Part shown: positions 11,401-22,880 of the stretch, piece after piece
Position numbering within the stretch: position 1 is the stretch's first letter
Layout: every line of letters starts with the position of its first letter
NCBI GenBank assembly: GCA_013265495.1
Contig: MU057701.1
Location: 1,426,001 to 1,490,000, forward strand
Direction of reading: 5' to 3'
DNA length: 64,000 nucleotides
Source: Vicugna vicugna
Taxonomy: Eukaryota
Translations under genes and position numbers: made by a program
Notes under the pieces: model-generated
The model's input: the letters and a program-made list of their open reading frames with translations, nothing else
Database searches by the model: none
Told to the model about the DNA's origin: nothing

Positions 11401-14173
11401 CACAGTATACCTTGGTCCACCACCCTGCCCTGAGAACCTCACGTTCTGGGAGACCAGTGCTTGTAGCCCACACTGTGACTCAGTCTAGCTGCGTGTGTGC
11501 ACGCTCATGGTGTGTCTGTGGCACACGTCTGGAGCCAGTCTCTTTTAAAGAAAATGCATGCACTCTCATGAGTGTGTTCCCCCTCAAAGCAGTCACCTTA
11601 CTGGCCTGTTTAATTATGCATCCTTCACTTAAAAGCGTTTTTTTGGAGCTGCTTTTTAGAGTTGCCTCTGGAGTCTGTGACAATTGTTTTAACTATTCTG
11701 AGTGACAGCAAATCATCTCGCTTTCTAGATGGATTAGATCTTTGAGAAATTGCCGTAAGTCATTCAGCAATGATGGTGGTTATGTGAGGCTAAGAAACGT
11801 TTGATTTAAGACAGAGTATCAGTGATAAAAGAATCCACTTTTTCTTGTGTGTCTGACTCCATGCACATTTCCAGAAAGATTTTTAGCAGAGGCAGCAAAA
11901 CTGGAATAAGCCTTTTCAGGTGGCACTTTGAAAGGATATCACACTCATCTGGAATTCTAAGGTGTGTTTCAAAGAAAACAGGTTTATCGCTTTCTAGCAC
12001 ATCTTATATAAGAATGTGCAGGGTGTCTTTCTCTGAAATTCATGCCGACATCATAAGGTTGAGATCACAAAATGCGTGTCAGTTATCAAACTTGAATACA
12101 GCCAAACATTTCGTTACACTTTTAATTAGTAATTATTCGGTGCTGCATAATACAGCTTCCCAAGCAGAGAGCAGAGAGATACCATTTGGTCAGCATCAGA
12201 ACTTCATGTCATCTGAGCTGTTTTAACTGATGTAGCACTGTCTAAATTATTAACTTCAAACCACGAAATTTGTCCTGTTCTCTGTCCTGCGGAGGATTAA
12301 TTTGGGAACCCAAGAACTCACTGCCGTGCTCAGCCTTTGGCATCTTCTGCCCCAGGTCTGGAAGCTGCCAGATGACAGATACCAGTGGGGACGGCAGGGG
12401 GCAGTGGTTCTGCGGGGTTCACTGTGGTCCAAGATCTTGCTTGAGGTGGCCCTTTGTGCTGGGTAGATTCCTTTCCGGGCAGTGTTAGGTCTGAGCCAGG
12501 GCTCAGTCATTTTACTAATGGAAAAGTAAGATAGGTGTCCGAGATGGTCTTGTTATCTTTGGGGATTTATCTCCTTGACTTTCTTCATCCCAAGGCCCAG
12601 TGTAGACTTTCTTGGGAATCACATCTTGCTCTGTACATTTTATATAATAGGAGAGCTCTCTGAGGGCTGCCTAACCGTGGAAAGCTCTGAGATGGTTTTG
12701 TGATCAGCAGATACACGCGAGCATTTCCTGGATTAGCCAGGCCTCTGATGAAAGGAGGAAGAGTCAGGTGCTGTCCCCGTGGCTAGGGACAAGAGGCTTT
12801 TGTGTCTGCAGAGGGAGTTTCCTTTTAATGCTACACTCAAGCCTGTTGGCTCTAATGTTTCAGAGCCAGGGTTGAGGAGGATCCGGGTGTCCTTCCAGGG
12901 AGGACATTCTCGCGGTCCTCTTACAGCTGGGCTCTTGTTTCAGGGCGGAGATTTCAGTACCCACCGTCTCCCCAGTGCTGGGGCTTCTGCTGGGCTTTCT
13001 AGTCCACACTGGTGGGTGTGCTCTGCCCTTGGGTGTCCCTGGCCCTTGTTGGCCAGGAGATGACTGCCCCCTGGGCTTCTGGTGGTCCCAAGGACAGCAT
13101 TTGAGGAAGACTCTAAAGGAGTACACCTGCAGGGAGATAGGACCTAAACTGTACTGCCTTCCCCTGCCCTGGTGATTTTGTCCTTATCCAAAATACAAGG
13201 CCCACCCTCTGCTCAGTGACCATTGGTAGCTTAATAGTGTTCAGAGACTACTCTGTCCCTTGCTTATTTCATCCACATTGTCTCTAACCCTCAGAGATGG
13301 GCCCTGCCGCCTGTCTTTCTGAAGCGAAGCCACCATCCAGGCAGAGAGGTGCTTTTTGTGGGTCCAAAGCTCTACCAGGACCCCCCACAGTAGGGGGAAC
13401 CTTGATCACTCGCCACTGCTGGTGATCCAGCAACCCCCAGGCCTCTGGAAACTGAGGCTCCACCCTGGAAAGATTAATGAGGGACATTGTTTTCCAGTGA
13501 GGCTTTTTATTACTGCATTTTAAAAACAGTTTTAAATTTGTACTTCTCCAGAAAGTTTCTGGGTTCTCATGTCAGTTGCTCCCTAGAGTCCTTGAGATTT
13601 GTACCTTGTGGTGGTTGTCTTTTTCTGTGACCTTCAGGAGCTGGGGCAGACATGGGGTAAGATACATAATTTCACTAGGAAGGAGTCTTGAACCAAAACT
13701 AACTTGGAGGTAACTTAGCCAGAAAGCATCATAGTTGTTGAACTCAGCCGGAGTCAGCGCACTTGCCTGAACATCCCTGTCATCAGTGAGGTGGTCATGT
13801 TGCCAACATGAGCTGTCACCTCACCGTGCAACCATCCTTCTTTCCACTCACCCTCCCATTGACCACGCTGCACTGTTGACGAAATCACTGCATTTTATGT
13901 GACTGCATCATGCTCCCACCACCTGTCTTTCTGACGCATGCGCGGAATCGAACCCTTCAGGCCCAAGTCCTCTGCGGTCCTGCCAGGGAGCTTGGTGCCA
14001 GAGTCTCCCGGGTAAATCGGGCCAATCCGAAGACTCGGGTTGGGCCTCTTCTGCCAGGTGGGAGGTGGGTGGGAGAGAATGATGACAGATTGATGGTGGT
14101 GGAACGCGTGCTCTTCATAAGCAGAGCCTGGGCGCAGGGCGGGCGGGCTGCCTGGTGACTCCGCCCTGATCAG

Positions 14174-14299
14174 TTGCAGGCCCAGGGCGTTCTGTCTGGC
14201 CGACAGCGACGAGGAGTCCTCCAGTGCTGGCTCCTCGGACGAAGATGACGCGCCAGAGCCCAGCGCGGGAGACAAACCGCTTGTCCCAGGGGCCGAAGG
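14174..14299 (+). CDS. TEX2: TEX2 coding exon with acidic/Ser-rich segment, (G)CRPRAFCLADSDEESSSAGSSDEDDAPEPSAGDKPLVPGAE(G)
   Basis: CAG at 14171-14173, donor GTGAGT at 14300; 126 nt, phase 2-2; matches recalled TEX2 sequence. Confidence 0.93.
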
Positions 14300-15364
14300 G
14301 TGAGTGGGCCCAGCTTCTGGGGTCTTCCGGGGTCAGGGCAGCAAGTTGGGACTGAGCCTTTTTTGCCTTTTCCTGTGATTTTTTTCCTCCTTCACACTGA
14401 GTGGATGGTTTTTGCATTAATAACTCAAAGCCAGTGGCTTAAAATTCCAGGCCCCAAAGCAAAAAGGCCAGTATAGCTTTCCTTAATTAAGAAGGTCCAG
14501 ATCAAAATGGTTTTCTCAGGCCACTGGAGTGGATAATAGAGAACCGAAGGGCACGGTTATGTGAAGGAGCATGAATGACACAATACCTCCCCCTGGTGCT
14601 GGTGGGGCGCAGTACTTGCTTGTTGAGCTTTTAGTTCCTCCACAGCTGAAACATTCAGGTGATTTCTTGGTGACTTTGGAAAACACGGCTTGCTTAGCTG
14701 ATCTTTGGGATCATGAACTTCATTAAGGATCTGTTAATTATTTAAAGTGAATGAAGAAACTAAAATGATAAAGAAACCAGGTGGTTCAGAAGCATTTGTA
14801 AGAGAATGTCATCCTATTCACTTTGAAATCCTACAGAAGCTGAGAAGAGAATCCAGACGTTTGAGGAGTTGGCACTAAAGTTTGTGTGTATTATTTAAAC
14901 TCTACTCATCTTCTAAAGAGTAATTGTTTTCCCTCACACACGTACACATATTATTCCTGATACCCTGCAATGGTGGAGGATTTTAGGAAGCAAATATCCT
15001 CTCTTCTTAGGGCAGACCTGATACAGAAGCTTGCTTTCCTGGCCTGCTAGCATATCAGCTTGATGTAGCTTTTTTCTTTGGATGTTTCTAAGCCGTTTGA
15101 CAAATAGTTGCTGCTCATAGTTGGTGTGACACCATCTAAAATGCAGGCAGTCAGTTCCTGTGTTTTGTGTCCCTGTGGGTGCAGCATGAGTTCTTATTTG
15201 CTATATAGAGATGGTGAGATTTCTCTAAGAGGACACTGAACTTATATTCAGTATTTGAAGGTTACAAAGGGGAGCAGGCGAGATGCCCCTTCTGCTTACA
15301 CTGTGAGAACTCGGTCTGACTATCAAGACTCAGGCTCTGTCTGATGTCTACACCTTGTCTAAGT

Positions 15365-15576
15365 AATAGTACTGAACTGAGGGTTATTTTGTTCCCCTCA
15401 GAGGACATTTAGCAATGTCCAGAGACATTTTTTATTGTCATGACTGCAGAGGAGCGTGTTATTGATGTGTGGCAGGCGGAGGCGGGGGTGCTGCTAAACA
15501 CTGTAGATGGGACAGCGCCCACAGCAGAGAATCACCCAGCCCAAAACATCAGTGGCGCTGCAGTTGAGAAACTCTG
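15365..15576 (+). mobile_element. MER20-like hAT DNA transposon
   Basis: ggacatttagcaatgtccagagacattttt..tgctgctaaaca..gttgagaaactctg. Confidence 0.8.
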
Positions 15577-15667
15577 GTCTGCAGTAAGGTGAACACGGAG
15601 CCACCAAGTTTTTGTTTCGGAAGGAACAAAGTTCATACTAACACCTGTTTGTGTCTCTCATTTAAAG

Positions 15668-15877
15668 GTATGTTGGGGGTCATCGAACAAGTAAGATTAT
15701 GAGATTTGTTGATAAAATTACCAAGTCAAAATATTTCCAAAAAGCCACGGAGACAGAGTTCATTAAAAAGAAGATTGAAGAAGTTTCCAATACACCCCTG
15801 CTACTAACCGTGGAAGTTCAGGAATGTAGAGGAACCTTGGCGGTCAACATCCCACCTCCCCCGACAGACCGAATATG
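15668..15877 (+). CDS. TEX2: TEX2 coding exon, (G)YVGGHRTSKIMRFVDKITKSKYFQKATETEFIKKKIEEVSNTPLLLTVEVQECRGTLAVNIPPPPTDRI(W)
   Basis: AAG acceptor ending 15667, donor GTACGC at 15878; 210 nt; overlaps ORF 15699..15926. Confidence 0.96.
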
Positions 15878-16445
15878 GTACGCAGAGGGCCCCTCAGGGA
15901 CAGCCGGGGTTCCCCATGTTGCATGACCCTAAAAATCCCAGCCTGCTTACCCTTGACGTTGTGGAAAGTACCTTCCCTGGGCAGAATCACTTGCAAACGT
16001 TTTTTGTGGAACCTTAATATTAGTTGTAAATCCAATTCTACTTACTTCTGTGAGTAGTTAATTCACATATTAAGATTCATCTCCACACGCTTGGGAGAGT
16101 TAAGGTTAGTAGGTAAAGTTTATGGGATGAGCTGTTTCTATTCTTGGTCTTCCTCGTCTCTCAAGTCAACCCTTCCCACCAGTAGGAAGAACTGTCACTT
16201 GTTAGGGCTCTTACTCTCTGCCTGGCCTGGGGGGTAACTGCTTCACCTGATCAGTCCTCAAAGCATCCTGTGGAGACAGGGCCAACCTTACGCCTGCATT
16301 ACAGGTGGGGATCACACATCCAGCAGAGTCCTGGGTGGTTAGAGAAGACCCCCCTAGGTCAGACCTGGCTGTTAAGGATGCAGGAGCGTGTGTGCTTGGT
16401 AGTTGTGGCAGAAGGTCTACCTAAAGAGCTGTCATTTAAATGAAC

Positions 16446-16561
16446 CAGTGGGTCTTAACCCCACCTCATACCATAGTCACCTGGGGACTTGTTGAAGCTG
16501 TGCCCAGCCTGTCCCCTAGGATTCAGGGGCTGGGGAACTAAGCCAAGACTGAGAATCACTG
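16446..16561. mobile_element. MER5-like hAT-Charlie fragment
   Basis: cagtgggtcttaacc..tcacctgggga..tgagaatcactg terminal inverted motifs. Confidence 0.55.
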
Positions 16562-17201
16562 AAGTGAATTCCTCGTGGGTCCAGCAGAAGAAAATCACTG
16601 TCTGTAAATTTCAATTTCAATTTCAATTTTAAATTGACATTCCAAGTCCTGTAAAATGTGCATAAGGATATACAGGGATTGCACCAAAGACCTCATTGCA
16701 CCATAAACCACACTCATATGAAAAAGATAGTTCTGTTCTATCATAGAGTGAAAACAGCCTGCTGGTCCACATCCTTAGTGTTCAGAAGGGCTAGTAGGAA
16801 TGTTCACAAGAGGATTTTTTTAATTCACTGATCATTTAATGATGATAATTGTGTTTCCCAGGAAAAACTTTAAAATACCATTTTAGACTTCTTAAAGTAA
16901 TATTTTGACTGGGGAAGAAAAGCCTATAATCTTACCATCCTAAAATAACCACTGCTAATACCTCACTGTGTAGTTTTCCAAGCCTAATAAAAAACGTTTT
17001 TTTTTTTAATATTGAGAGTTGATACAACAAGCTTTGACTTACCAGTTCCCAGGGCCACTGATCAGTAGGAGTTAAAGGCCTCTAGGATGGTGCTACCCAT
17101 TGCATGCTTGAGTGCCTGACTCTTGTTATTGATCCACCAAGATAAGTGTAAATATCAAGAGTGTGGAGAAATATTTATAGCCATTTGCCACTTTAATTGT
17201 A

Positions 17202-17496
17202 CAGGCATACCTCGTCTTACTATGCCTCACTTTACGGAACTTGTAAGATACTGTGTTTTTCACAAATTAAAGGTTTGTGGCAACCCTGCCTTGTCAGATG
17301 ACGGTTTGCATTTTTTAAGCAATAAAGTATTTTTAACTTGAGGTATGTATTTCTTGCACACTTAATGGACCACAATGTAAATATAACGTTTAGATGCACC
17401 AGGAAACCAAAAAGTTCCTATGACTCATTCTATTGCAATATTAGTTTTATTGAGGGGGTCTGGAACGGAGCCCACAGCATCTCCAAGGTGTGCCTG
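17202..17496 (+). mobile_element. Internally deleted Tigger1-type MITE
   Basis: Terminal inverted repeats CAGGCATACCT / AGGTGTGCCTG, TA on the left flank. Confidence 0.85.
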
Positions 17497-18149
17497 GATT
17501 TTTCAAAACATTGGTCCATGATGGATCGAAGTTTTTAGATAGTTTGATAGCACACAGTCTCTTGTCTGGATATTTTTCTCACAATTCTGAGTGCCAGTCC
17601 ACTCCACTGAGAAGCCATGATAATCATGATGTGGAATGTAGAATGAAAAAGCAGGTTACAGAATATTCTCTATTTATATATGCAAATTAGGAGTGTGGAG
17701 GAAATTAACCCCACTTCTGTCAGTGGTCCTGTCTTGGTGAGATTCAGAGAGAGGCAGTGTCTTTTTTTCTGCTTTATATGCTTGTATATTTTGGGTAGAC
17801 ATATACTACTTTCATAAAAATAGAAACAGAAAAGATCCTTGCTATTTTAGAAAAAAACAAACAAACAAACAAAAAGCAATGCCCAGGTCATGGACTTTCC
17901 CAGTGGTGTTTCCTGGCTTTCTTAGTTTGTCAGAACTGTTCTCAAGTTATCACACCCCTGGGTCCAGGGACACAGGGAGTTCACAATTCATACTTGCTGC
18001 CTTGAATTATCTTTTAGAAGCAGTTTTCAGAAGAAGAGAACATGTAAGTAGTGATAAAGCCTCGTGTAAATGAGGAATGTTTGCTCTTGGTACTATTCTC
18101 TTCCTTTCTTAGCTTCTAAATGTGGTTATTACTTATCTTCTTTTAAAAG

Positions 18150-18270
18150 GTACGGTTTCCGGAAGCCACCATATATAGAGCTGAAAGCTCGGCCAAAACT
18201 TGGAGAGAGAGAGGTGACTTTAGTTCATGTGACAGACTGGATAGAGAAGAAACTAGAGCAGGAGTTTCAG
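18150..18270 (+). CDS. TEX2: TEX2 penultimate coding exon, (W)YGFRKPPYIELKARPKLGEREVTLVHVTDWIEKKLEQEFQ
   Basis: AAG acceptor ending 18149, donor GTAAAC at 18271; 121 nt returns to phase 0. Confidence 0.96.
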
Positions 18271-19905
18271 GTAAACCTGCAGTGTCATCTAGTGTTTCAC
18301 GCTGAGTCTAAAAGCTCTGGGTAGAACAGAGTTTCTGAACTTCATGTGGGTCAGGATTCACCTTTGAGAATCTGGCAAAAGCTATGGACTCTCATCCCAG
18401 GAAAGTACACATATGATCAAACAGGCGAAACACTTCAGGCACACCTTCAGAAAGTCTGAAACTCATCCACAGAACCCTGTCCAGTAGTCTTCAGAGGAAA
18501 CCCAAAAGGTAGGGGTCAAAGAGCAAAATGACTGTCTTATACCAGCAGGCCTGGCAAGGGTTCAGCCGTCCACCTGCTGGGGCCATCTTTGGACTTCTTG
18601 TTTGGGTGGAGTATGGAATTGGCCAGCTAGTAGCACCTGGTCAGCAGTCAGGGAAATCGCTCCTGCCTTCTGTGGTACCCACCTTGCTCAGTTTGTTCAT
18701 TTCAGCATTCATGGAAACCATTCCACGTGCCACTACCACCTACTCTGGGAGTCCAAAGATGAATCAGGCCTGTCCCTCCCCTGCAGATCTTCTAGAGTAG
18801 TCTTGAAGTTGACTAAGCCAAAGCTTGTTCTCCAAGCCTGTCTTCTGCATTCTGCCACCAAAGGTAACAGCAGTGTAGCTGAGGCCCCGGAACAAGCTAT
18901 TTCTGTCAAGTTTTCATTAGATATTTGAGGCACAGTTGTCTTTTAAAATTTTATGAGTTAACAGTTTATTTACTTTGTAATGAATTTCACCTTTTGAAGA
19001 AGACCCCTATTATTTTTGCAGCGGTGTATTTTGAGTTATTGCCTTTAAAATTACATTTTTATTATTTAAATATAACTAAAAACCCGTTTCTGGGAAGCTT
19101 AATCTTATCTCCAAAAGGAAGAGTACTTTGAACCTAGTTAGGCTAAAGACAACCTCATGCCTTCAGTATTTTCCCTTTTGTCTTATCTCCCTAGGTCCTA
19201 CATTAGGGATTTGAATGGGCCATCTCTTTCAGGGGTATAGGGGTCGTCTCTTTTAGGGGGCAGACTTTGGGGCCTGGTATTTTTGAGGCAAGTTGGGAAG
19301 TTGAAGGCTAACTGCTTGCATTTCTCCCATAGCCACCTGTTTTGTTTTTGCTTTGGTAAGAAAGCACAGCTGAAGTTGAATACATAGCTAAAATTCACTT
19401 ACATAAATCAGTTTATAAACAGATAGGTAAAGCACTATTCCTATCAATTACGGATTGTCCTTCAGGTCTTCACTGTAGTGAGATTTCTTTCACATGTAGC
19501 TCTGTCTGATTCTGGTTTTAAAAAGAAAAAGCTTGCATTTTGTTGCTAGGATTTAAATGGATAAATTCACTTGGAATATGTGCTTTGGATATAATTTGGA
19601 AATACTGTGAGCAGCTTACGCCAATTCTCTTAGAATAATGTTACTTACCAATTCATGAGTAATTTTATTATATGTACATGAAATCAAAGGCTCCTTCTGC
19701 CTGAGCGTATTGTGTTCTTGTGTTCACATACTGGTGTGAGTCCTCCACACTAAATACTGTTGAGGAATCAGTTTGAAACATGTAGGAAAAGTTGTTTCAT
19801 ATTTTAAAAACTTGCCTAGAGCCTAAAATTACAGTCAGAACAGAGGAGGGCAACAGCCTGAGAAAACAGAGCATTCTTCCACATGGCTGTTCTTTCCCTC
19901 CACAG

Positions 19906-20028
19906 AAAGTTTTTGTCATGCCAAACATGGACGATGTTTATATCCCTATAATGCACTCAGCCATGGATCCTCGCTCTGCATCCAGCCTCCTGAAGGACCC
20001 ACCTGTGGAGGCTGCGGACCAGCTGTGA
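19906..20028 (+). CDS. TEX2: TEX2 terminal coding exon, KVFVMPNMDDVYIPIMHSAMDPRSASSLLKDPPVEAADQL*
   Basis: Acceptor tctttccctccacag ending 19905; TGA at 20026-20028; the six exons total 813 nt (270 aa + stop). Confidence 0.96.
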   Translation, partial: KVFVMPNMDDVYIPIMHSAMDPRSASSLLKDPPVEAADQL

Positions 20029-21520
20029 TGGGTGCAGGTCTGGTGTTCCCAGTATTAGGAAATGGAGCTCAAGGTTTGGGGTTCTTGGCTGCCATCTGGG
20101 CTGTGGCACTGGCCTTCCCTGGTGTCACAGCTTCTGCTCTCTGCCTGCCTGGGCCCACTCCACCGTCAAGTGTCCAGACTGCCTGCTGCAAAGCTCTAAC
20201 TCGGCAAAGGAAACTGGAAGAATCATCAGTGGATCCAGAGATTACAGGTGACTCACACCATGGCTTTCCTACCAGTTTTTTGTGGCAGCAAAAGAGCACA
20301 TGAAGAACAAAGCTGCACAACTGAAAGGCTTCCCCTTGCCTCCTGACGCCTCCAAAGCTTTTCCTCAAGCAGCCAGTGCAGTGGAATGTTCTCTCACTTA
20401 TAGCCTGTGACGTAGCCCTCCACGTGCAGAGAATGTCACTGTGGTTACCTGTGTGGAGGGTGGGAATGGAATTTTGTGAACTGTTCCTTTGGTGATAAAG
20501 ACATATGCATAGCAACCTACTCTTAGTAAATCGTGCGTTTTGGAAGCAACTAGCCATAGAACATACACTCGAACACTGTCAGCTGGGGCGGGGAACAGTG
20601 GGATTCACGTGAACACTGGGCAAAGCCATGAGATCAAACCATCCCCTGCCTTTTACCAACAAGCTAAATCACCTGGTTTCTAACTTATCTCAAATGTTTT
20701 CCTGAGACAAGCGTATGTGAAAATGTCAAACACTGCACATGACTGGAGTGGGGCCAGAAAGCCAGAGCCACTGTCTTTTTCCAGCTGGCACCTCCTGTGT
20801 GCTCTGGGAAGCTTTATGTAGGCATCTTAAATGCTTTAACTGGTTTGGGATGTTTTGCAAATTTCCTTTTCTGATGGCCAAAATGGAGAACTGCTCTTTA
20901 ACATCTTGAGTCTAGACCAAAACTTTGCTCAACATCAAACACTAAAGATCTCAAAATTAATGTGACACTTAACATTGCCAACTTTATTTTGTGCGTTTGT
21001 GTCAGAATATTTAGTTTACAAGTTTCAAGTCTCCCTCAAATTGCATAATTTGCTTTGAGAAGTACACTTAAGATACAATTTTTAAAAATTAAAACTGCGT
21101 TCAACAAACTTTATCTTGGGTAACTTTGGACAACTTACATCTGTGGACAAAGCTAATAGTTTTTTAAACAGCACCTTGCCTGAACATGACTTTAAAGAAG
21201 TTAATATATTGAAAAAATATTTGAACCCTTACTTGATTACTTTAATTGCACCATTAAAATATGACCTAAATTATTGGATCATTCCAGTTGGTGTACTGTT
21301 CTAATTTCTCATTGTGTAGGCCGATTTGCCTGTCAGTCCGCATGTCTTGTTAATTGGTCTTACTTTTGTGCAATAACTATAAAGGCAAAGGACTAGATGC
21401 ACTACTGTGTAGCGATTACACGACTGTATCCTGTTGCACTTAATCAAATAGTATGTGGGGATTTACAATCTTTACAAGCTTGCATTGTTTCACAAAATAA
21501 AGATCTCATGTCAAATACTA
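20029..21520 (+). other. TEX2: TEX2 3' UTR (~1.5 kb; end approximate)
   Basis: Follows the stop codon, AU-rich distal half, ends after AATAAA at 21496-21501. Confidence 0.75.
21496..21501 (+). terminator. TEX2: TEX2 polyadenylation signal AATAAA
   Basis: Canonical hexamer followed by U/GU-rich sequence (gttatttgtactt) about 35 nt downstream. Confidence 0.75.
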
Positions 21521-22146
21521 GATAAGCATCTAAGTTATTTGTACTTAATCCTTAGATAACAGGGACAGGATAAACTGGGTACAGGGTGCCTGGGCCCTCA
21601 GCTGCCAATAGCTGCCTGTTTCTTCGGTGATCACTGTACCTGTCCTAAGGGTCCCAAGGTAGTCCTCACCACAGATGATATAAAGTAGGCAGTATTAATC
21701 CTCAGTTCATATTTTAAGAAGTTCTGCTCCTGAGCTGGAATTTATACCAATCACCTACTAATTCTAACTCAGGGCCCCCTCCAGTTACTGACACCAAAGC
21801 AGTTAGACATGGTGCTTGTGAATACTTTGCCCTTCAGCACATTTCACCTAAGCCCAAGAGAGATCACTGTCGCCTAGATCTGGACTAAGGAGTGATTGTG
21901 CGTTTCTTTAGCGCCTATGTTGTGCCCCGCAATGCACATCTAACTCACCTTCACAAAACCCTGCTGTGAGCTATCTGGGGCACATCCAAAGCAGTTGGCC
22001 CTAAATGTAGGCCACAGCCGGATTCTCATCTCTCCTCCCTGAGGACACCATCCACGCCGCACCTGACTGAACGACGTCTCCCTTAAGTTTTTAACCCTTG
22101 TTTTGGGGGTTCTTTACAGGCCCCCACCCCCAACAGTTCGGTGCCG

Positions 22147-22280
22147 CCGTGTGCCTCGCGGTTAAAAGGGCCGCCGCTGCGGGGGCAGACGGCCCCAGTT
22201 ATGCGCGAGTGCGTGCTCTAGCGCTGCTGCCTGACCCCCGGCGCCACGCGCAGGCGCAGCGAGGGCTCAAAGGCAGCGCA
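22147..22280 (-). ncRNA. SNORA50C: Box H/ACA snoRNA SNORA50C (SNORA76/ACA62 family), 18S rRNA pseudouridylation guide
   Basis: Minus strand shows two hairpins, H box AGAGCA (22219-22214) and ACA three nt from the 3' end (22152-22150). Pocket arms CTTTGAG and CATAACTG...TTTAA are complementary to 18S rRNA CTCAAAG and TTAAA-tc-AGTTATG (U34/U105 region). Position next to SNORD104 fits synteny. Confidence 0.9.
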
Positions 22281-22302
22281 TCGCGACAAAGAACACAAGA
22301 TA

Positions 22303-22639
22303 CTAGCGCTGCGGTCAAACCGTTTTATTTAGATTCGGGGGAGGGTCGAAGGGCTGGAAGAACAAGTAGATCTGACGTCCTCGTCCGGCCCGGGATCTGC
22401 AAGAACGAAAGCAGTGGACTGTAAGTGTGCCCGCAGGACCGCTCCCTTCCCACCGCCACCGCCACCGCCGCAGCCAGGCTCAGACTCTAGTTCGCATCAC
22501 CCTCGTCAGCAGTCTAACACGTGCTTTAATTAGATGTCATCACCGCTGGCCACCCGTCCTCCGCTCGGCTCCCAGGTCCCAAGTCCCGGAACAGACAAAC
22601 TCACCTCTCCAGCTTCACACTCGCTGAAAGGAAAAGGAA
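22303..22639 (-). ncRNA. SNHG25: Small snoRNA host gene (SNHG25-like): exon 1 ~22637-22605, intron 22604-22397 containing SNORD104, exon 2 22396-~22303
   Basis: 5'TOP tract TTCCTTTTCCTTTC (22639-22626), donor GAG|GTGAGT, acceptor ctttcgttcttgcag, AATAAA (22329-22324) with GU-rich downstream element; SNORD104 ends ~80 nt before the 3' splice site, typical for C/D snoRNAs. Confidence 0.8.
22475..22549 (-). ncRNA. SNORD104: Box C/D snoRNA SNORD104 (U104), 28S rRNA 2'-O-methylation guide
   Basis: C box GTGATGA (22543-22537), D box CTGA (22483-22480), internal D' CTGA and C' GTGATGC. Plus-strand agtctaacacgtgc (22511-22524) is the 28S rRNA sense sequence, so the RNA carries the antisense guide. 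Terminal ccag/ctgg stem. Confidence 0.93.
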
Positions 22640-22880
22640 CGGGCCCGGCTTCTACTTAAAGTAGCCGACCGGAGGTGGTTGGGCGGGCTTTACCGCTATT
22701 AGCCAATAGCAGGCCAGACTCCTGCTCACGTGACTTTAAACTGGCCTAATGATTGGCCATGCTCTCTGAGTCCTCCACAGTATAGAATGGTTACACGCCA
22801 ACCATAGAGATGGGCTTCCAGGAAAGACTGAGTCGCGCAGTGTCTTAAATTCTGGTTTCCTTCCCCACCTACGTCGTCAG
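22640..22880 (-). promoter_or_regulatory. Promoter of the snoRNA host gene
   Basis: CpG-rich; GC box 22681-22686, CCAAT 22703-22707, ATTGG 22752-22756, E-box TCACGTGA 22726-22733, just upstream of the TOP start. Confidence 0.7.

Noticed and set aside
22098..22627. Plus-strand ORFs of 108 and 66 aa
   Set aside because: They are the GC-rich antisense of the snoRNA cassette
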